Shown: positions 18,430 to 26,124 of the stretch, piece by piece
Layout of the letters: each line of letters begins with the position of its first letter
Numbering within the stretch: the first letter of the stretch is position 1
Source of the DNA: Candidatus Saccharimonadota bacterium
Lineage (GTDB): Bacteria > Patescibacteriota > Saccharimonadia > Saccharimonadales > JAXHMH01
Direction of reading: 5' to 3'
DNA: 64,000 nucleotides
Assembly: GCA_034521515.1 (NCBI GenBank)
Contig: JAXHMH010000002.1
Coordinates: forward strand, 216,379 to 280,378
The notes under the pieces: generated by a model
What the model was told of the DNA's origin: nothing
The model's input: only the letters and a program-made list of their open reading frames with translations
Databases searched by the model: none
Program-made: the position numbers and the translations under genes

Positions 18430-18624
18430 ATGCAACGATGTGAATTAACCGGTAAAGGTAAGCAGTTTGGTCATAACGTTAGCTTTTCGCAACGTCATAC
18501 CAAGAAAGTCTGGAAACCAAATCTCCAAACTAAGACTGTTGAAGTTGATGGCAAAAAAGTCAAAATGAAGCTTAGTACTCAAGCTATCAGAACACTAAAG
18601 AAACAAGGTGTCATAGCAAAATAG
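18430..18624 (+). CDS. rpmB: 50S ribosomal protein L28
   Basis: 64 aa, MQRCELTGKGKQFGHNVSFSQRHTKKVWKPNLQ. Confidence 0.9.
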   Translation: MQRCELTGKGKQFGHNVSFSQRHTKKVWKPNLQTKTVEVDGKKVKMKLSTQAIRTLKKQGVIAK

Positions 18625-18629
18625 TAAAA

Positions 18630-18652
18630 GCCCTAGAAACCTAGGGCTTTTT
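18630..18652 (+). terminator. Intrinsic terminator after rpmB
   Basis: GCCCTAG-aaac-CTAGGGC + TTTTT. Confidence 0.7.
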
Positions 18653-18678
18653 AAATTATTGCTTACTGTATAGAGTAA

Positions 18679-19302
18679 CTATCGTCGATTTAATACAGCA
18701 AGCTGCACAGTATCTGTAAACTCACTGGTTTTCAGCTTTAGAGTGTCGACTGGCTCATTAGGCTCCATAGAAAGGCCTTTAATAGCTTCTTCAAGCTCAA
18801 CTTGAGGTACTGGGTAGTCTATTGCTTTATCAGCATAATGGGTAGGTATTACAAGCTTAGGGCTAATTTTTTTAATAACTTTAACAGCACCAATAGGATC
18901 AAGTGTATAGCCAGCACCCCCGACCGGCACAATAGCAACATCTACCGTACCCAGCGTTTCTAATTGATCTTCACTCAAATCAGGGTGTACATGCCCAACA
19001 ACCGCAATTCTTATATCGCCGATGATTATTTTGTATATGGTTGCATTGCGTTGACCTTCTTCGTCAATGTGCGCTCGCGCAGCAATGCCCCGAATAGAGA
19101 CACCTGATGCTTCGTATTCACCGGGGGTATCAATCTCTAACTTCGCCACTTTACTAGGTGCATGAACAGTAGTGAACAATGCAATATCATCTGATTTGGT
19201 AACGCTTTTTAAGCCCAGCTCTGCGAGATTATCATCAACGATGACCGATGATTTTTTAGTTGATAAGCGAACACAGTTTGCACCATAATATTGAATATCC
19301 AT
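18679..19302 (-). CDS. MBL-fold metal-dependent hydrolase (UPF0173-like)
   Basis: 207 aa with the overall Lactamase_B_3-like pattern (VVGHVHPD..., IPTHY). No closer assignment. Confidence 0.6.
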   Translation of the reverse strand: MDIQYYGANCVRLSTKKSSVIVDDNLAELGLKSVTKSDDIALFTTVHAPSKVAKLEIDTPGEYEASGVSIRGIAARAHIDEEGQRNATIYKIIIGDIRIAVVGHVHPDLSEDQLETLGTVDVAIVPVGGAGYTLDPIGAVKVIKKISPKLVIPTHYADKAIDYPVPQVELEEAIKGLSMEPNEPVDTLKLKTSEFTDTVQLAVLNRR

Positions 19303-19308
19303 GTTAAT

Positions 19309-19929
19309 TTACTCCTTACTTTTTTTGCTTTTAGGTTCTTTAGGTGTAAGCATGTTGTGTCTATCTAGTACAACCTGGTGCTTTGACCCTAGTAGGGTTG
19401 TTAAAAATCTATCATTTATTTGCCGACGGTATTGGAATTCACTTTTTGGCATAACGGTATAGTTCAGTTCCTTGCCTTCTTTGTTTTCAAGTTCGGCTAT
19501 AAACTTGTTGAGTTTCGTTTGATTTACATCACCAACTAATAGCAAATCCACACCACTCAACTGATCACGCGTAAATTGCCCTGTGTATATTACCAAATCA
19601 ACGTTCCCAAGTGTCTTATATGCCTGAGCCTCATCGCTTTCTTCAGGCTTGTCTTCATTGACTACACCATCATTACTGCCACCAAAAATTTTAGACAACG
19701 ACTTATGGTGCTCGAAATCTTGGTTTACCTCATAATAAAGCCGATTGTTGTTAGTATCCGAAGATATGATGCCGATGCTTAACAGATTAGAAAGCTCGCG
19801 GCGTACAGAGTTTATTTGTTCGTCGATTTTGCGAGTAATTTCCCGTACATAGAATGACCGATTTGGATTACTATAAAAAAGCTGCAACAGCTTTACCCGT
19901 GTCTTTGACCCAAACAATTGCTCAATCAT
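19309..19929 (-). CDS. Winged-helix (ArsR-like) DNA-binding protein with a C-terminal uncharacterised domain
   Basis: N-terminus KTRVKLLQLFYSNPNRSFYVREITRKIDEQINSVRRELSNL (wHTH pattern). Confidence 0.55.
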   Translation of the reverse strand: MIEQLFGSKTRVKLLQLFYSNPNRSFYVREITRKIDEQINSVRRELSNLLSIGIISSDTNNNRLYYEVNQDFEHHKSLSKIFGGSNDGVVNEDKPEESDEAQAYKTLGNVDLVIYTGQFTRDQLSGVDLLLVGDVNQTKLNKFIAELENKEGKELNYTVMPKSEFQYRRQINDRFLTTLLGSKHQVVLDRHNMLTPKEPKSKKSKE

Positions 19930-19957
19930 GTGTTCATTGTAACAGACAATGATTGGC

Positions 19958-21175
19958 TTATGCAGGTGTTTTGTTCAAAAACGTTGTGACAATATCTACA
20001 CCAGAACTGGGGTCGTGTATCCAGTGAATACTTTTGTTACGCTTGAACCATGTGTTCTGCCGCTTGGCTAGTTGGAGGGTATCTTTTACGATTCTCATCT
20101 TGGTATCCGCCAAACTTTGGTTGTCGCAAAAGTACTCACGCCACTCCTGGTACCCAATTCCCTTCAGAGCCTCGCACTCCCAGCCGTATTTTTTGGACAA
20201 CTCCCTCACCTCTGGCTCAAGCCCTGCTTCAATCATCGCATCAACGCGGGCTGTTATTCTTTTTCGGAGCATTTCATGGGGCAATTTTACGCCAAGTATC
20301 AGCGTGTTCGATCGTATGTCGTGTCTTGTTGGTTTTGCACCGCCGGTCTCTAGCAGACGTATCAAGCGACGTTTATTTTGGGTGTCGATTCCATCAGTGT
20401 CTAAGCCTTTGGATTCTATGCGTCTTAGCAATTCCTTAAGGCTAAGAGCATTGAGCTCTTGCCGAGCCTCCCTGTCGCCTTCTGGTAAAAAGCCGTAGTC
20501 AAAAAGAACGCCATCTACATATAGCCCTGTACCGCCTACCATAATTGGCAGTTTACCCCTGGATCCTATGTCTTCAATAGCCTCGAGTGCTAAATCTTTA
20601 AACACTGCTGCAGTAAAGTCATCGCACGGATTCACAATATCTAGTAAGTGATGTTTGACTTGTGACTGCTCTTCTTGGCTTGGCTTGGCGGTACCAATGT
20701 TCACTTCTCGCCTCACAGTCCAGGAATCTGCTGCGATGATTTCGCCACCAAACTTCTTGGCGAGTTCAATAGCCAGCGCCGACTTACCGCTGGCAGTAGG
20801 CCCGACAATTACAACAAGTGGTAATTTGGAGGTTGGAGGTTGGAGGATGGAGGATGGATTTTTGCTATCTTGTTGCTTAGGTCTCCATAAAAGCCTTTCT
20901 ACATCCACCCGGTAATTTTCATCAACTGCAATACCCTCAGCTTCAAGCACCTGCTTATGCCCAGATTTGCCACCCGGATAACCATTGGCCAGACCGCCAC
21001 TCTTGTTGACCACCCGCTGCCATGGCAAATCCGGATTGCCAAAGTGCGCAATACCGCCGACAATCCTAGCTGCCCGGGCATTCCCAGCCAGTGCCGCAAT
21101 CTGCCCGTATGTCATCACCCGCCCTTTAGGAATCTCCGCAACAAGCGCCTCCACCCGCTCCTTGAAGTCAGACAC
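19958..21175 (-). CDS. miaA: Fusion ORF: alkyltransferase-like (ATL, Cys-less MGMT DNA-binding) domain + tRNA dimethylallyltransferase MiaA
   Basis: N-terminus IPKGRVMTYGQIAALAGNARAARIVGGIAHFGNPDLPWQRVV (PCHR replaced by PWQR). C-terminus VIVGPTASGKSALAIELAKKFGGEIIAADS... (MiaA P-loop). Likely GTG start at 21175 overlapping the upstream TGA; the track start is 21211. Confidence 0.8.
   Translation of the reverse strand: MSDFKERVEALVAEIPKGRVMTYGQIAALAGNARAARIVGGIAHFGNPDLPWQRVVNKSGGLANGYPGGKSGHKQVLEAEGIAVDENYRVDVERLLWRPKQQDSKNPSSILQPPTSKLPLVVIVGPTASGKSALAIELAKKFGGEIIAADSWTVRREVNIGTAKPSQEEQSQVKHHLLDIVNPCDDFTAAVFKDLALEAIEDIGSRGKLPIMVGGTGLYVDGVLFDYGFLPEGDREARQELNALSLKELLRRIESKGLDTDGIDTQNKRRLIRLLETGGAKPTRHDIRSNTLILGVKLPHEMLRKRITARVDAMIEAGLEPEVRELSKKYGWECEALKGIGYQEWREYFCDNQSLADTKMRIVKDTLQLAKRQNTWFKRNKSIHWIHDPSSGVDIVTTFLNKTPA
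20828..20862. repeat. Heptad array forming the ATL-MiaA linker
   Basis: GGAGGTT GGAGGTT GGAGGAT GGAGGAT GGATTTT. Encodes ...KNPSSILQPPTSKLP... on the minus strand and contains no stop triplet in the reading frame. Confidence 0.8.
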
Positions 21176-21770
21176 CGAAATACTCCGCCACTTCCTTCCA
21201 ATCGGCAACACGCTCTACGCCAGGATGAAGTTCTTTACCCCTGCTCCAACCCCAGTCACCAAATAACAAGGCTTTCACACCGACTTCTGCTGCCAAGTTA
21301 CAGTGCTCAGGGCTATCGTCTATAAGGTAGCCGGCACCTATCTCCTTGCAAATATGAGCTTTTGTAACCTTTCGGTCGGAATCGCTCCATAAACTTACAA
21401 AGTGAACATCGGCAAAGATGTCTGCAGCGTACTTCCCAAGCATCTGATTGGTAATATCCACGAACTCAGCAGTACGTGAAGTAACAATCTCAAGTTGATA
21501 TCGACTTTTTAGCTTCTCGAGTATGGCTACATCTTCTCGTAGGATCGACTGGTTCGCCTTATGGCTACTGGTCAAAAATTCCTTAAACAGAGTGTACGGA
21601 TCTTCGCCCGTGTCCCCCCACAGCCTTTCATAGTATCCCCAATAATCACCGGGCTTTTTGAAGTCGTCGTAGGTAAGGTTTAAGCCAATCCTCTCCTTTG
21701 AGAAAGCAATAATAGCGTCCACCTCCGAACATAAAACTTCGTCAGCATCTACTGCGATGATTTCTCTCAT
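21168..21770 (-). CDS. HAD-superfamily hydrolase, 5'(3')-deoxyribonucleotidase-like
   Basis: N-terminal AVDADEVL (DxDxV/T motif). 200 aa with an NT5C-like layout. Confidence 0.55.
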   Translation of the reverse strand: MREIIAVDADEVLCSEVDAIIAFSKERIGLNLTYDDFKKPGDYWGYYERLWGDTGEDPYTLFKEFLTSSHKANQSILREDVAILEKLKSRYQLEIVTSRTAEFVDITNQMLGKYAADIFADVHFVSLWSDSDRKVTKAHICKEIGAGYLIDDSPEHCNLAAEVGVKALLFGDWGWSRGKELHPGVERVADWKEVAEYFGV

Positions 21771-23629
21771 AACGATGTCTTAGTGACGCGGGATTTGGCT
21801 TCGTTAGCTACGGTCTTGAGGAACTCGTTGCTACCGTGTGAACCATGATTCTCGTGAACTGCAAGGTCTTTACGTATTCGAGGAGTTACTTCGTCAGACT
21901 CAATCTCTTTCTCGCCAACCACAATGGTATACGGCACTTTCCACATTTCAGCGTCTCTTATTTTTTTGCCAACTGATTCGTTGCTGTTATCTACCGTTAG
22001 TCGCAGGCCGAGTTCACGCGCCTCATCCGCCAGCTTAGCGGCATACGCCACAGTCGCATCTTCTTGATTAACTGTAATAACCCGAACTTGTTCTGGGGAA
22101 AGCCAAACCGGGAACTTACCGGCAAAGTGTTCTATAAGCAGCATAATAAACCGTTCGAATGATCCCAGGATAGCCCTATGAATCAGCACGGGCGGCTTCT
22201 CGCTGCCATCGGCATCTGCGTAAGTTAGCTCAAAGCGTTTTGGCATCGCAAAGTCTAGCTGTACGGTGGCCAACTGCGTTTCACGCCCCAAAGCGTCGGT
22301 AAACATAAAATCTAGTTTTGGCCCGTAAATAGCCGCTTCACCTTCCATTCGTTTAGCCTTTAAGCCAAGTTTTTCAGAAACTGCCTCTAGCATGTCCTCC
22401 GCCTTATCCCAATCAGCAGGCTCACCGATGTATTTTTCTGGAGCGATGCCGTCACGAACTGACAGTGAAACCCAATGTTTACCCCACAATCCAAGCCGTT
22501 CATAAAACTCTTGAATAATGTTTGCCAGCGTAGTCGCCTCTTCTTCAATTTGATCTACAGTACAGAACGTATGACCGTCGTCTACCGTAAAACCGCGTGT
22601 ACGCTGCAAACCACCGAGCTGGCCGGGCTTTTCGTCCCGATATTGCATGGTCTGTTCTATGTAGCGGATTGGTAAATCACGGTAACTTCGTGGTCGTGCA
22701 GCATAAATCTGCGTATGATGCGGACAATTAACCGGCTTGAGTACAAATTCTTGCTGATAATGACTCTCTACCCTAAACAGCTCTTCCTCAAACTTCTCGG
22801 CATGTCCAGATAATTTATATAGGTCTAGCTTAGCAAGGTGCGGTATAGACACCTGCTGCATATCATACTGGCGGCTAATGTCTTTAAGCGCACTCTTGAG
22901 CTCCTCAATTAACACCGTGCCGCGCGGTGAATAAAGTGGCAAACCCGGCCCGACAAGCTCAGAAAAGGAAAACAAGTCGAGTTCTTGGCCAAGCTTACGA
23001 TGATCGCGCTTTTTAGCCTCTTCTAACATGTTGAGGTGCTGACGGAGCTCCTTTTCGGTTGCAAACGCCACGCCGTACAGCCTCTGCATTTGCGGGTTAC
23101 CTTCTTTACCGCGCCAATAAGCACCGGCTACGCGCATGAGTTTAAATGCCCCTACCTTGCCGGTTGATTCGACATGCGGGCCACGGCAAAGATCGGTAAA
23201 GTCACCGTTACGGTAGAATCCCACCTCGTCTACTTTGCTATCACTATCTGTAATAGTACCGAGTTCTTCGACTTCTAGGTCTTTCGCTACGGTCGTTCCA
23301 GACCTCTTAAGATCGTTGAGCAGTTCTTCTTTATACGGTTGCTTGGCCTCTTTTGCCCATGCAACAGCCTCATCAATAGGTTTTGTGAACTGTTCAAATA
23401 CCTGGTTATCCTTAATAGTTGCGCGCATTTCGGCTTCGATGCGCTCAAAATCATCCTCTGAGATAGTGATGTCACCAAGGTCAATATCGTAATAAAAGCC
23501 ATGTTCTACCACTGGGCCAACACCAAATTTAGCCTCTGGCCAAAGTTTTTGAACAGCACTGGCCATAATATGTGCTAAAGAATGCCGCATGGCATGTAAT
23601 TTATCCTGGTCGCCTGTATTCTCGCTCAT
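21767..23629 (-). CDS. thrS: Threonine--tRNA ligase lacking the N-terminal TGS domain (start trimmed to ATG 23629)
   Basis: MRHSLAHIMASAV (editing domain) at residue ~13, class II core, C-terminal anticodon-binding domain. The track's 35-aa extension runs through a terminator hairpin. Confidence 0.9.
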   Translation of the reverse strand: MSENTGDQDKLHAMRHSLAHIMASAVQKLWPEAKFGVGPVVEHGFYYDIDLGDITISEDDFERIEAEMRATIKDNQVFEQFTKPIDEAVAWAKEAKQPYKEELLNDLKRSGTTVAKDLEVEELGTITDSDSKVDEVGFYRNGDFTDLCRGPHVESTGKVGAFKLMRVAGAYWRGKEGNPQMQRLYGVAFATEKELRQHLNMLEEAKKRDHRKLGQELDLFSFSELVGPGLPLYSPRGTVLIEELKSALKDISRQYDMQQVSIPHLAKLDLYKLSGHAEKFEEELFRVESHYQQEFVLKPVNCPHHTQIYAARPRSYRDLPIRYIEQTMQYRDEKPGQLGGLQRTRGFTVDDGHTFCTVDQIEEEATTLANIIQEFYERLGLWGKHWVSLSVRDGIAPEKYIGEPADWDKAEDMLEAVSEKLGLKAKRMEGEAAIYGPKLDFMFTDALGRETQLATVQLDFAMPKRFELTYADADGSEKPPVLIHRAILGSFERFIMLLIEHFAGKFPVWLSPEQVRVITVNQEDATVAYAAKLADEARELGLRLTVDNSNESVGKKIRDAEMWKVPYTIVVGEKEIESDEVTPRIRKDLAVHENHGSHGSNEFLKTVANEAKSRVTKTSL

Positions 23630-23662
23630 TGTATGTATAATACCACCACTGATTAACAGAGG

Positions 23663-23705
23663 AAAATAAAAAAGGGTCGAATAGCCTCGCAACTCTATTC
23701 GACCC
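23663..23705 (-). terminator. Intrinsic terminator-like hairpin inside the thrS 5' leader
   Basis: Minus strand GGGTCGAATAG-agttgcgagg-CTATTCGACCC + TTTTTTATTTT, ending 34 nt before the thrS ATG. Confidence 0.55.
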
Positions 23706-23945
23706 TGCCCACTCCTACTAAAAGGATGTTTCAAAACACCTACTTAAAACTTCGCCTGCTGGCATCGGTCATTTAAATACCGTGAGATAAGCATACCATA
23801 CTAGCATTATGATACTAGTACTTTTATATTGTTATTATTACACCTACCCTGTGGATTTACTTTTTATCTGTTTTTCTGTATGATTTACCCTGTTATACAG
23901 GGAATAGATCTATAAGTTACCCCCTCCCTATAACGACGGTAGCTC

Positions 23946-23966
23946 GGACGATTAGCTCATTTGGCT
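23946..23966 (+). pseudogene. tRNA-Val 5' fragment (20/21 nt identity)
   Basis: GGACGATTAGCTCATTTGGCT versus GGGCGATTAGCTCATTTGGCT at 24072. Pairs with 24007-24024 (AGCCAAATAGCAGCTAAT) as a long hairpin. Confidence 0.5.
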
Positions 23967-24071
23967 CACAGCAAAGCTGTAAAGAAGAAATGCCGCCAGA
24001 CGTCTTAGCCAAATAGCAGCTAATTTATTTTCAAAGACGGGTTGAGCGTACATTTAAGGTATTGTTTTGGT

Positions 24072-24148
24072 GAGGGCGATTAGCTCATTTGGCTAGAGCG
24101 CCACATTGACGTTGTGGAGGTGATAGGTTCGAATCCTATATCGCCCAC
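24072..24148 (+). tRNA. tRNA-Val (GAC), CCA encoded
   Basis: Manual cloverleaf: acceptor GGGCGAT/ATCGCCC, D GCTC/GAGC, anticodon stem CCACA/TGTGG, loop TTGACGT, T-arm ATAGG-TTCGAAT-CCTAT. 77 nt. Confidence 0.92.
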
Positions 24149-24179
24149 CAGATTAAAATCCGGTCTTTGCGACCGGTTT
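24131..24179 (+). repeat. 49-bp perfect direct repeat, copy 1 (tRNA-Val 3' 18 nt + its terminator)
   Basis: ATCCTATATCGCCCACCAGATTAAAATCCGGTCTTTGCGACCGGTTTTT, identical to 24308-24356. Confidence 0.95.
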
Positions 24180-24307
24180 TTGATTTGGTAAGTGCTATCT
24201 AGCTGAGAACCGTTCGGCGTAGCCGAGGTTCGGTGGAGTGCAGCGAAGAATAGAAAGCACCGAAGGTATTTTCTATTCGAACAAACGGAAAAGGACGTTT
24301 GTCCGCT

Positions 24308-24356
24308 ATCCTATATCGCCCACCAGATTAAAATCCGGTCTTTGCGACCGGTTTTT
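24308..24356 (+). repeat. 49-bp perfect direct repeat, copy 2 (att-like)
   Basis: Identical to 24131-24179. Lies 42 nt beyond the tgt stop and can serve as a terminator in both directions. Confidence 0.95.
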
Positions 24357-24398
24357 TGTTATGTGTAGTGCTCGTATAGTAAATCGATCAATTAATTA

Positions 24399-25670
24399 TT
24401 ATCCTAGGTAGGTTTCTGTAATCCGGTTTAAGTACCGAATATTATGGATAGACACCAGGCTGCCGGCCAAACTTTCCTTAACCTTAAACTGGTGGCGTAA
24501 GAACCCACGACTATAACCATAAGCGCACGTCGCACAATCACAACCCTCCTCAATCGGCCTATTATCATCAATAAATTGCGCGTTAGTTAAATGCATCTTC
24601 TCATCCCTCGCCCCAAAAACCTTGCCACAACGACTGCATGCGAGTACAGCGCTAGGAGAAACCGAAGCACAGACTGAGCCGTACTTAGGGTACGGTGAAG
24701 GAGTACTGGGGGTTTCGACACCGCGATGTACCGCAACCGGCTTCGGCGCAGGCGGCTCCGCCGTCTGGCAGGAAGCCGGGGTGCAGCCGTTGTGGACCCA
24801 GGCAGTGCCATGACGAGCATTCCGTGTAGCCAATACGCAGTCAACCATGTCAATCCCACACTCAATAGCAAACCTAAAATCTGTCGGATCACCAACCCCC
24901 ATCAGATAGTGAGGTCGTGATTTGTCATACAGTGGCGCCAAAAATTCTAGCATCTCGTGCATATCCTTGCGCGACTCGCCAACCGATAAGCCGCCAATTG
25001 CGATGCCGTCTACAGGCAGTGACTGTACAAACTCCAGGCTTTTTTGGCGCAATTGCTTATCTAGCCCTCCTTGTGCTATTCCAAACAACAGAGGTCGCTC
25101 ACCGGGTTTTAAGTCTTTTGTTTGCCTCTGGAACTCTGCAAGCGATCGCTCCAGCCAGCGATGAGTCCTATCAAAAGCCTCTTTAGTACGTAGCCTAGCC
25201 GTATCATCCAGCCCAGTCACATCATCAAAAGCCATGATAATATCTGCCCCTAGCTCAAGTTGTATCTGAATCGCCTTCTCTGGAGACAGGAAAACATTAT
25301 CACCGGACTTAGGATCCTTAAACGATACGCCATCTTCGGTAGTCTTGGTAATATGAGCCAGTGAAAACACCTGAAACCCACCAGAATCAGTCAAAATCGG
25401 ACCGTCCCACCGCGTAAACTCATGCAACCCACCAAGCTTCTTAACAGTTTTTTCGCCTGGTTGCAGGTGTAGATGATACGCATTGCCCAAAATGATTTGA
25501 GCCCCTGTTTCACGAACTTGCTGTGGCGATAAACCTTTTACAGCACCACGGGTTCCGACCGGCATAAAAACAGGGGTATATATATCACCAGCGCGTGTTT
25601 TCAGAGTGCCACGACGTGCATAAGTGCCGAGCATTGAGCTCGTAAAAAAACCGTCTTTGGAATTATTCAT
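24399..25670 (-). CDS. tgt: tRNA-guanine transglycosylase carrying a ~60-aa insertion (start trimmed to ATG 25670)
   Basis: ARRGTLKTRAGDIYTPVFMPVGT, LTDSGGFQV, GIAQGG, LMGVG, zinc site CDCATC...H. The track extension overlaps a divergent promoter. Confidence 0.85.
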   Translation of the reverse strand: MNNSKDGFFTSSMLGTYARRGTLKTRAGDIYTPVFMPVGTRGAVKGLSPQQVRETGAQIILGNAYHLHLQPGEKTVKKLGGLHEFTRWDGPILTDSGGFQVFSLAHITKTTEDGVSFKDPKSGDNVFLSPEKAIQIQLELGADIIMAFDDVTGLDDTARLRTKEAFDRTHRWLERSLAEFQRQTKDLKPGERPLLFGIAQGGLDKQLRQKSLEFVQSLPVDGIAIGGLSVGESRKDMHEMLEFLAPLYDKSRPHYLMGVGDPTDFRFAIECGIDMVDCVLATRNARHGTAWVHNGCTPASCQTAEPPAPKPVAVHRGVETPSTPSPYPKYGSVCASVSPSAVLACSRCGKVFGARDEKMHLTNAQFIDDNRPIEEGCDCATCAYGYSRGFLRHQFKVKESLAGSLVSIHNIRYLNRITETYLG

Positions 25671-25716
25671 CCCTGTTATTGTAGCACCTCGGTAACCGGC
25701 ACACTTAGCTAGATGC

Positions 25717-25745
25717 TTGACAAGTTGTGAATTGTGCCATATATT
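25717..25745 (+). promoter_or_regulatory. Near-consensus sigma70-type promoter divergent from tgt
   Basis: TTGACA (25717-22), 17-nt spacer, TATATT (25740-45). Confidence 0.5.
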
Positions 25746-25751
25746 ACCGTT

Positions 25752-25941
25752 CGTTAAACGGGAGGCACTCATACTTTGAGTACCAATTCGAGTTCGCTCG
25801 AGGGGTTTAAGTTGTTCTACGAAGAACTGACCTCAGCGAAATCAACAAGTCGTATACGACGCGTCCGACCTGCTCTTGCTAACAAGTAAGCTGCGTAGGA
25901 CGTCAAAGCCCCTGGCACATGAGAGAGTCAGGGGCTTTTTT
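25752..25941 (+). ncRNA. Candidate ~190-nt structured small RNA (unassigned family)
   Basis: Follows the 25717 promoter. Hairpins CCGTT-cgtta-AACGG, TCGAG-UUCG-CTCGA, GTTCT-acga-AGAAC, GTCG-tata-CGAC. Terminator GCCCCTG-loop-CAGGGGC + TTTTTT (25908-25941). Confidence 0.4.
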
Positions 25942-26014
25942 ATGCCAAAAAATAAGTTGCCCACAGTAATATATAGTTTTCCACTGGTATTTTTTACTGC
26001 CATATGTCAATATG

Positions 26015-26043
26015 TTGACATGGTTTACGATGTTATGCATAAT
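26015..26043 (+). promoter_or_regulatory. Candidate nrdR promoter
   Basis: TTGACA (26015-20), 17-nt spacer, CATAAT (26038-43). The -35 lies within the inverted repeat ATGTCAA/TTGACAT. Confidence 0.4.
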
Positions 26044-26124
26044 TCTCAATTACCAATTTTCATCTATAAACTATTTAAAAATTTCCATCTTTCAGGTCTT
26101 TAAAAGGGTAAATGGAAATTAATT

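Noticed and set aside
23630-23734. 35-aa N-terminal extension of thrS in the ORF track
   Set aside because: It is translated through a terminator hairpin and U-tract, and conservation starts at MSENTG.../MRHSLAH. Similar over-extensions were rejected for tgt (25671-25772), comM (12576-12743), ndk (32295-32486), the M50 protease (18319-18435), gyrB (5286-5372) and the 58330 ORF (58612-58842).
25800-25941. tmRNA (GGGGTTTAAGTTGTTCTACGAAG resembles the tmRNA 5' end GGGGCUGAUUCUGGAUUCGAC; GCTAACAAGTAA looks like a tag end)
   Set aside because: There is no T-arm or ...CUCCACCA 3' end within 400 nt on this strand. The unit is terminated after ~190 nt. No plausible alanine resume codon or tag ORF is present.
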